The position numbers and the translations under genes are program-made. From Auanema rhodensis (Eukaryota; Animalia; Nematoda): 64,000 nt of DNA. Every line of letters starts with the position of its first letter. The stretch's first letter is position 1. Below are positions 54,401 through 64,000 of this stretch, piece by piece. The notes under the pieces are model-generated. The model was not told the origin of the DNA. It did not search any database and saw only the letters and a program-made list of their open reading frames with translations. The stretch spans positions 18,972,001 to 19,036,000 of the forward strand of contig OZ059897.1 of the NCBI GenBank assembly GCA_964057225.1, in the 5' to 3' direction.

Positions 54401-56266
54401 ACGCAGCTCAAAAATCCGCATCGAATGCACTATACTACATTGAGAAACGCTTAATACAAAAATTAGTTATGATCGTTTGAAAAATGATGCATTAGTGTAT
54501 GTTGAGTTTCCATGTACACTCAACATTGCTTCCAAAAACATTTTGACAAAAATTTTTTCGAAAAATTTCAAAATAATTTAGCGAAAAGTAGATGTTTTTA
54601 GATTCCATTTTTCAAGGCAAAGACGATGGACAATGTTATTCAACGAAAAAATTAATTCTTCAGGGTGAAAATCGAGGATATAAGTGTGAACTTATATCAG
54701 TTGATATCTCGGTGCATTTTTAAGCTAGCGCAAATCTGATAACACAGATCGACGCAGCTCAAAAATCCGCATCGAATGCACTATACTACATTGAAAAACG
54801 CTTAATACAAAAATTAGTTATGATCGTTTAAAAAATGATGCATTAGTGTATGTTGAGTTTCCATGTACAATCAACATTGCTTCCAAAAACATTTTGACAA
54901 AAATTTTTTCGAAAAATTTCAAAATAATTTAGCAAAAAGTAGATGTTTTTAGATTCCATTTTTCAAGGCAAAGACGATGGACAATGTTATTCAACGAAAA
55001 AATTAATTCTTCAGGGTGAAAATCGAGGATATAAGTGTGAAATTATATCAGTTGATATCTCGGTGCATTTTTAAGCTAGCGCAAATCTGATAACACAGAT
55101 CGACGCAGCTCAAAAATCCGCATCGAATGCACTATTCTACATTGAAAAACGCTTAATACAAAAATTAGTTATGATCGTTTGAAAAATGATGCATTAGTGT
55201 ATGTTGAGTTTCCATGTACACTCAACATTGCTTCCAAAAACATTTTGACAAAAATTTTTTCGAAAAATTTCAAAATAATTTAGCAAAAAGTAGATGTTTT
55301 TAGATTCCATTTTTCAAGGCAAAGACGATGGACAATGTTATTCAACGAAGAAATTAATTCTTCAGGGTGAAAATCGAGGATATAAGTGTGAACTTATATC
55401 AGTTGATATCTCGGTGCATTTTTAAGCTAGCGCAAATCTGATAACACAGATCGACGCAGCTTAAAAATCCGCATCGAATGCACTATACTACATTGAGAAA
55501 CGCGTGATACAAAAATTAGTTATGATCGTTTGAAAAATGATGCATTAGTGTATGTTGAGTTTCCATGTACACTCAACATTGCTTCCAAAAACATTTTGAC
55601 AAAAATTTTTTCGAAAAATTTCAAAATAATTTAGCAAAAAATAGATGTTTTTAGATTCCTTTTTTCAAGGCAAAGACGATGGACAATGTTATTCAACGAA
55701 AAAATTATTTCTTCAGGGTGAAAATCGAGGATATAAGTGTGAACTTATATCAGTTGATATCTCGGTGCATTTTTAAGCTAGCGCAAATCTGATAACACAG
55801 ATCGACGCAGCTTAAAAATCCGCATCGAATGCACTATACTACATTGAGAAACGCTTAATACAAAAATTAGTTATGATCGTTTGAAAAATGATGCATTAGT
55901 GTATGTTGAGTTTCCATGTACACTCAACATTGCTTCCAAAAACATTTCGACAAAAATTTTTTCGAAAAATTTCAAAATAATTTAGCAAAAAGTAGATGTT
56001 TTTAAATTCCATTTCTCAAGGCAAAGACGATAGACAATGTTATTCAACGAAAAAATTATTTCTTCAGGGTGAAAATCGAGGATATAAGTGTGAACTTATA
56101 TCAGTTGATATCTCGGTGCATTTTTAAGCTAGCGCAAATCTGATAACACAGATCGACGCAGCTTAAAAATCCGGATCGAATGCACTATACTACATTAAGA
56201 AACACTTGATACAAAAATTAGTTATGATCGTTTGAAAAATGATGCATTAGTGTATGTTGAGTTTCC

Positions 56267-56494
56267 ATGTACACTCAACATTGCTTCCAAAAACATTTTG
56301 ACAAAAATTTTTTCGAAAAATTTCAAAATAATTTAGCAAAAAGTAGATGTTTTAAGATTCCATTTTTCAAGGCAAAGACGATGGACAATGTTATTCAACG
56401 AAAAAATCAATTCTTCAGGGTGAAAATCGAGGATATAAGTGTGAACTTATATCAGTTGATATCTCGGTGCATTTTTAAGCTAGCGCAAATCTGA
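56267..56494 (+). other. 75-codon ORF within a satellite monomer variant (first of 10 identical copies up to 63163); coding status unsupported
   Basis: ATG at offset 117 to TGA at 342-344. It is open only in monomers carrying both TAG>AAG (offset 204) and TAA>CAA (offset 258). The F/K/N-rich composition is typical of translated AT-rich non-coding DNA, and I recognise no domain. The confidence value refers to it being a real gene. Confidence 0.07.
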
Positions 56495-58958
56495 TAACAC
56501 AGATCGACGCAGCTTAAAAATCCGCATCGAATGCACTATACTACATTGAGAAACGCTTAATACAAAAATTAGTTATGATCGTTTGAAAAATGATGCATTA
56601 GTGTATGTTGAGTTTCCATGTACACTCAACATTGCTTCCAAAAACATTTTGACAAAAATTTTTTCGAAAAATTTCAAGATAATTTAGCAAAAAGTAGATG
56701 TTTTAAGATTCCATTTTTCAAAGCAAAGACGATGGACAATGTTATTCAACGAAAAAATTAATTCTTCAGGGTGAAAATCGAGGATATAAGTGTGAACTTA
56801 TATCAGTTGATATCTCGGTGCATTTTTAAGCTAGCGCAAATCTGATAACACAGATCGACGCAGCTTAAAAATCCGCATCGAATGCACTATACTACATTGA
56901 GAAACGCTTAATACAAAAATTAGTTATGATCGTTTGAAAAATGATGCATTAGTGTATGTTGAGTTTCCATGTACACTCAACATTGCTTCCAAAAACATTT
57001 TGACAAAAATTTTTTCGAAAAATTTCAAAATAATTTAGCAAAAAGTAGATGTTTTTAGATTCCTTTTTTCAAGGCAAAGACGATGGACAATGTTATTCAA
57101 CGAAAAAATTATTTCTTCAGGGTGAAAATCGAGGATATAAGTGTGAACTTATATCAGTTGATATCTCGGTGCATTTTTAAGCTAGCGCAAATCTGATAAC
57201 ACAGATCGACGCAGCTTAAAAATCCGCATCGAATGCACTATACTACATTGAAAAACGCTTGATACAAAAATTAGTTATGATCGTTTGAAAAATGATGCAT
57301 TAGTGTATGTTGAGTTTCCATGTACACTCAACATTGCTTCCAAAAACATTTCGACAAAAATTTTTTCGAAAAATTTCAAAATAATTTAGCAAAAAGTAGA
57401 TGTTTTTAGATTCCATTTTTCAAGGCAAAGACGATAGACAATGTTATTCAACGAAAAAATTAATTCTTCAGGGTGAAAATCGAGGATATAAGTGTGAACT
57501 TATATCAGTTGATATCTCGGTGCATTTTTAAGCTAGCGCAAATCTGATAACACAGATCGACGCAGCTTAAAAATCCGCATCGAATGCACTATACTACATT
57601 GAGAAACGCTTAATACAAAAATTAGTTATGATCGTTTGAAAAATGATGCATTAGTGTATGTTGAGTTTCCATGTACACTCAACATTGCTTCCAAAAACAT
57701 TTTGACAAAAATTTTTTCGAAAAATTTCAAAATAATTTAGCAAAAAGTAGATGTTTTTAGATTCCTTTTTTCAAGGCAAAAACGATGGACAATGTTATTC
57801 AACGAAAAAATTATTTCTTCAGGGTGAAAATCGAGGATATAAGTGTGAACTTATATCAGTTGATATCTCGGTGCATTTTTAAGCTAGCGCAAATCTGATA
57901 ACACAGATCGACGCAGCTTAAAAATCCGGATCGAATGCACTATACTACATTAAGAAACACTTGATACAAAAATTAGTTATGATCGTTTGAAAAATGATGC
58001 ATTAGTGTATGTTGAGTTTCCATGTACACTCAACATTGCTTCCAAAAACATTTTGACAAAAATTTTTTCGAAAAATTTCAAAATAATTTAGCAAAAAGTA
58101 GATGTTTTAAGATTCCATTTTTCAAGGCAAAGACGATGGACAATGTTATTCAACGAAAAAATCAATTCTTCAGGGTGAAAATCGAGGATATAAGTGTGAA
58201 CTTATATCAGTTGATATCTCGGTGCATTTTTAAGCTAGCGCAAATCTGATAACACAGATCGACGCAGCTTAAAAATCCGCATCGAATGCACTATACTACA
58301 TTGAGAAACGCTTAATACAAAAATTAGTTATGATCGTTTGAAAAATGATGCATTAGTGTATGTTGAGTTTCCATGTACACTCAACATTGCTTCCAAAAAC
58401 ATTTTGACAAAAATTTTTTCGAAAAATTTCAAAATAATTTAGCAAAAAGTAGATGTTTTTAGATTCCTTTTTTCAAGGCAAAAACGATGGACAATGTTAT
58501 TCAACGAAAAAATTATTTCTTCAGGGTGAAAATCGAGGATATAAGTGTGAACTTATATCAGTTGATATCTCGGTGCATTTTTAAGCTAGCGCAAATCTGA
58601 TAACACAGATCGACGCAGCTTAAAAATCCGGATCGAATGCACTATACTACATTAAGAAACACTTGATACAAAAATTAGTTATGATCGTTTGAAAAATGAT
58701 GCATTAGTGTATGTTGAGTTTCCATGTACACTCAACATTGCTTCCAAAAACATTTTGACAAAAATTTTTTCGAAAAATTTCAAAATAATTTAGCAAAAAG
58801 TAGATGTTTTAAGATTCCATTTTTCAAGGCAAAGACGATGGACAATGTTATTCAACGAAAAAATCAATTCTTCAGGGTGAAAATCGAGGATATAAGTGTG
58901 AACTTATATCAGTTGATATCTCGGTGCATTTTTAAGCTAGCGCAAATCTGATAACACA

Positions 58959-61900
58959 GATCGACGCAGCTTAAAAATCCGGATCGAATGCACTATACTA
59001 CATTAAGAAACACTTGATACAAAAATTAGTTATGATCGTTTGAAAAATGATGCATTAGTGTATGTTGAGTTTCCATGTACACTCAACATTGCTTCCAAAA
59101 ACATTTTGACAAAAATTTTTTCGAAAAATTTCAAAATAATTTAGCAAAAAGTAGATGTTTTAAGATTCCATTTTTCAAGGCAAAGACGATGGACAATGTT
59201 ATTCAACGAAAAAATCAATTCTTCAGGGTGAAAATCGAGGATATAAGTGTGAACTTATATCAGTTGATATCTCGGTGCATTTTTAAGCTAGCGCAAATCT
59301 GATAACACAGATCGACGCAGCTTAAAAATCCGCATCGAATGCACTATACTACATTGAGAAACGCTTAATACAAAAATTAGTTATGATCGTTTGAAAAATG
59401 ATGCATTAGTGTATGTTGAGTTTCCATGTACACTCAACATTGCTTCCAAAAACATTTTGACAAAAATTTTTTCGAAAAATTTCAAAATAATTTAGCAAAA
59501 AGTAGATGTTTTTAGATTCCTTTTTTCAAGGCAAAAACGATGGACAATGTTATTCAACGAAAAAATTATTTCTTCAGGGTGAAAATCGAGGATATAAGTG
59601 TGAACTTATATCAGTTGATATCTCGGTGCATTTTTAAGCTAGCGCAAATCTGATAACACAGATCGACGCAGCTTAAAAATCCGGATCGAATGCACTATAC
59701 TACATTAAGAAACACTTGATACAAAAATTAGTTATGATCGTTTGAAAAATGATGCATTAGTGTATGTTGAGTTTCCATGTACACTCAACATTGCTTCCAA
59801 AAACATTTTGACAAAAATTTTTTCGAAAAATTTCAAAATAATTTAGCAAAAAGTAGATGTTTTAAGATTCCATTTTTCAAGGCAAAGACGATGGACAATG
59901 TTATTCAACGAAAAAATCAATTCTTCAGGGTGAAAATCGAGGATATAAGTGTGAACTTATATCAGTTGATATCTCGGTGCATTTTTAAGCTAGCGCAAAT
60001 CTGATAACACAGATCGACGCAGCTTAAAAATCCGCATCGAATGCACTATACTACATTGAGAAACGCTTAATACAAAAATTAGTTATGATCGTTCGAAAAA
60101 TGATGCATTAGTGTATGTTGAGTTTCCATGTACACTCAACATTGCTTCCAAAAACATTTCGACAAAAATTTTTTCGAAAAATTTCAAAATAATTTAGCAA
60201 AAAGTAGATGTTTTTAAATTCCATTTCTCAAGGCAAAGACGATAGACAATGTTATTCAACGAAAAAATTATTTCTTCAGGGTGAAAATCGAGGATATAAG
60301 TGTGAACTTATATCAGTTGATATCTCGGTGCATTTTTAAGCTAGCGCAAATCTGATAACACAGATCGACGCAGCTTAAAAATCCGGATCGAATGCACTAT
60401 ACTACATTAAGAAACACTTGATACAAAAATTAGTTATGATCGTTTGAAAAATGATGCATTAGTGTATGTTGAGTTTCCATGTACACTCAACATTGCTTCC
60501 AAAAACATTTTGACAAAAATTTTTTCGAAAAATTTCAAAATAATTTAGCAAAAAGTAGATGTTTTAAGATTCCATTTTTCAAGGCAAAGACGATGGACAA
60601 TGTTATTCAACGAAAAAATCAATTCTTCAGGGTGAAAATCGAGGATATAAGTGTGAACTTATATCAGTTGATATCTCGGTGCATTTTTAAGCTAGCGCAA
60701 ATCTGATAACACAGATCGACGCAGCTTAAAAATCCGCATCGAATGCACTATACTACATTGAGAAACGCTTAATACAAAAATTAGTTATGATCGTTTGAAA
60801 AATGATGCATTAGTGTATGTTGTGTTTCCATGTACACTCAACATTGCTTCCAAAAACATTTTGACAAAAATTTTTTCGAAAAATTTCAAAATAATTTAGC
60901 AAAAAGTAGATGTTTTTAGATTCCATTTTTCAAGGCAAAGACGATAGACAATGTTATTCAACGAAAAAATTAATTCTTCAGGGTGAAAATCGAGGATATA
61001 AGTGTGAACTTATATCAGTTGATATCTCGGTGCATTTTTAAGCTAGCGCAAATCTGATAACACAGATCGACGCAGCTTAAAAATCCGCATCGAATGCACT
61101 ATACTACATTGAGAAACGCTTAATACAAAAATTAGTTATGATCGTTTGAAAAATGATGCATTAGTGTATGTTGAGTTTCCATGTACACTCAACATTGCTT
61201 CCAAAAACATTTTGACAAAAATTTTTTCGAAAAATTTCAAAATAATTTAGCAAAAAGTAGATGTTTTAAGATTCCATTTTTCAAGGCAAAGACGATGGAC
61301 AATGTTATTCAACGAAAAAATCAATTCTTCAGGGTGAAAATCGAGGATATAAGTGTGAACTTATATCAGTTGATATCTCGGTGCATTTTTAAGCTAGCGC
61401 AAATCTGATAACACAGATCGACGCAGCTTAAAAATCCGGATCGAATGCACTATACTACATTAAGAAACACTTGATACAAAAATTAGTTATGATCGTTTGA
61501 AAAATGATGCATTAGTGTATGTTGAGTTTCCATGTACACTCAACATTGCTTCCAAAAACATTTTGACAAAAATTTTTTCGAAAAATTTCAAAATAATTTA
61601 GCAAAAAGTAGATGTTTTAAGATTCCATTTTTCAAGGCAAAGACGATGGACAATGTTATTCAACGAAAAAATCAATTCTTCAGGGTGAAAATCGAGGATA
61701 TAAGTGTGAACTTATATCAGTTGATATCTCGGTGCATTTTTAAGCTAGCGCAAATCTGATAACACAGATCGACGCAGCTTAAAAATCCGCATCGAATGCA
61801 CTATACTACATTGAGAAACGCTTAATACAAAAATTAGTTATGATCGTTTGAAAAATGATGCATTAGTGTATGTTGAGTTTCCATGTACACTCAACATTGC

Positions 61901-63521
61901 TTCCAAAAACATTTTGACAAAAATTTTTTCGAAAAATTTCAAAATAATTTAGCAAAAAGTAGATGTTTTTAGATTCCTTTTTTCAAGGCAAAAACGATGG
62001 ACAATGTTATTCAACGAAAAAATTATTTCTTCAGGGTGAAAATCGAGGATATAAGTGTGAACTTATATCAGTTGATATCTCGGTGCATTTTTAAGCTAGC
62101 GCAAATCTGATAACACAGATCGACGCAGCTTAAAAATCCGGATCGAATGCACTATACTACATTAAGAAACACTTGATACAAAAATTAGTTATGATCGTTT
62201 GAAAAATGATGCATTAGTGTATGTTGAGTTTCCATGTACACTCAACATTGCTTCCAAAAACATTTTGACAAAAATTTTTTCGAAAAATTTCAAAATAATT
62301 TAGCAAAAAGTAGATGTTTTAAGATTCCATTTTTCAAGGCAAAGACGATGGACAATGTTATTCAACGAAAAAATCAATTCTTCAGGGTGAAAATCGAGGA
62401 TATAAGTGTGAACTTATATCAGTTGATATCTCGGTGCATTTTTAAGCTAGCGCAAATCTGATAACACAGATCGACGCAGCTTAAAAATCCGCATCGAATG
62501 CACTATACTACATTGAGAAACGCTTAATACAAAAATTAGTTATGATCGTTCGAAAAATGATGCATTAGTGTATGTTGAGTTTCCATGTACACTCAACATT
62601 GCTTCCAAAAACATTTCGACAAAAATTTTTTCGAAAAATTTCAAAATAATTTAGCAAAAAGTAGATGTTTTTAAATTCCATTTCTCAAGGCAAAGACGAT
62701 AGACAATGTTATTCAACGAAAAAATTATTTCTTCAGGGTGAAAATCGAGGATATAAGTGTGAACTTATATCAGTTGATATCTCGGTGCATTTTTAAGCTA
62801 GCGCAAATCTGATAACACAGATCGACGCAGCTTAAAAATCCGGATCGAATGCACTATACTACATTAAGAAACACTTGATACAAAAATTAGTTATGATCGT
62901 TTGAAAAATGATGCATTAGTGTATGTTGAGTTTCCATGTACACTCAACATTGCTTCCAAAAACATTTTGACAAAAATTTTTTCGAAAAATTTCAAAATAA
63001 TTTAGCAAAAAGTAGATGTTTTAAGATTCCATTTTTCAAGGCAAAGACGATGGACAATGTTATTCAACGAAAAAATCAATTCTTCAGGGTGAAAATCGAG
63101 GATATAAGTGTGAACTTATATCAGTTGATATCTCGGTGCATTTTTAAGCTAGCGCAAATCTGATAACACAGATCGACGCAGCTTAAAAATCCGCATCGAA
63201 TGCACTATACTACATTGAGAAACGCTTAATACAAAAATTAGTTATGATCGTTTGAAAAATGATGCATTAGTGTATGTTGTGTTTCCATGTACACTCAACA
63301 TTGCTTCCAAAAACATTTTGACAAAAATTTTTTCGAAAAATTTCAAAATAATTTAGCAAAAAGTAGATGTTTTTAGATTCCATTTTTCAAGGCAAAGACG
63401 ATAGACAATGTTATTCAACGAAAAAATTAATTCTTCAGGGTGAAAATCGAGGATATAAGTGTGAACTTATATCAGTTGATATCTCGGTGCATTTTTAAGC
63501 TAGCGCAAATCTGATAACACA
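58959..63521. repeat. Local 7-monomer higher-order repeat (2457-bp period) built on an alternating dimer pattern
   Basis: GTTCGAAAAATG monomers start at 60012 and 62469, and GTTGTGTTTCC monomers at 60714 and 63171. ORF-track entries pair at +2457 (58724/61181, 59075/61532, 59777/62234, 60479/62936). Confidence 0.9.
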
Positions 63522-64000
63522 GATCGACGCAGCTTAAAAATCCGCATCGAATGCACTATACTACATTGAGAAACGCTTAATACAAAAATTAGTTATGATC
63601 GTTTGAAAAATGATGCATTAGTGTATGTTGAGTTTCCATGTACACTCAACATTGCTTCCAAAAACATTTCGACAAAAATTTTTTCGAAAAATTTCAAAAT
63701 AATTTAGCAAAAAGTAGATGTTTTTAAATTCCATTTCTCAAGGCAAAGACGATAGACAATGTTATTCAACGAAAAAATTATTTCTTCAGGGTGAAAATCG
63801 AGGATATAAGTGTGAACTTATATCAGTTGATATCTCGGTGCATTTTTAAGCTAGCGCAAATCTGATAACACAGATCGACGCAGCTTAAAAATCCGCATCG
63901 AATGCACTATACTACATTGAGAAACGCTTAATACAAAAATTAGTTATGATCGTTTGAAAAATGATGCATTAGTGTATGTTGAGTTTCCATGTACACTCAA

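Larger units (their letters stand above)
1..64000. repeat. Tandem satellite DNA array, 351-bp monomer, 182 full copies plus 1 partial; apparently continues beyond both window edges
   Basis: GATCGACGCAGCTTAAAAATCC recurs at 1, 352, 703, 1054 and onward to 63873. 1+182x351=63883, and subtracting the 10 bp lost to four deletions (4 bp near 5229, 1 bp near 5329, 4 bp near 6979, 1 bp near 40145) gives 63873 exactly. No unique sequence, inversion or insertion was seen. Confidence 0.99.

Noticed and set aside
1-64000. CRISPR array or variable-cassette system
   Set aside because: There are no unique spacers. The variable patch differs only by SNVs, and no cas or other genes are present.
1-64000. Giant tandem-repeat protein gene (351 = 117 codons)
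   Set aside because: The ORF track shows nothing longer than 75 aa in any frame. The best frame has TGA, TAA and TAG stops in each monomer, and the indels shift frame.

Overview
The whole 64-kb window is one uninterrupted head-to-tail tandem array of a 351-bp, AT-rich monomer (about 31% GC by hand count). It contains 182 complete copies plus a 128-bp partial copy, all in one orientation and differing from one another by only a few SNVs. I found four indels: two copies of a 4-bp deletion and two 1-bp deletions. I saw no inserted transposons, RNA genes, CRISPR arrays or credible protein-coding genes. This is most consistent with a eukaryotic satellite DNA, possibly centromeric or pericentromeric; I do not recognise the family or organism. 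The structure of interest lies inside the array. (i) The monomer is rich in dyad symmetries, including a roughly 30-bp imperfect inverted repeat that makes it resemble a 345-bp TIR-bounded, MITE-like unit separated by a 6-bp spacer. (ii) Local higher-order repeats of 3, 5, 7, 10 and 12 monomers occur along the array. (iii) Rare alleles are shared by the two ends of the window but absent from the middle, suggesting layered expansion. (iv) A locally amplified monomer variant has lost two in-frame stops, giving ten identical 75-codon ORFs. Offsets below count from the G of GATCGACG, so offset equals window coordinate in the first copy. All tallies are by eye and need computational confirmation. 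I do not see evidence for a new gene-based system here.
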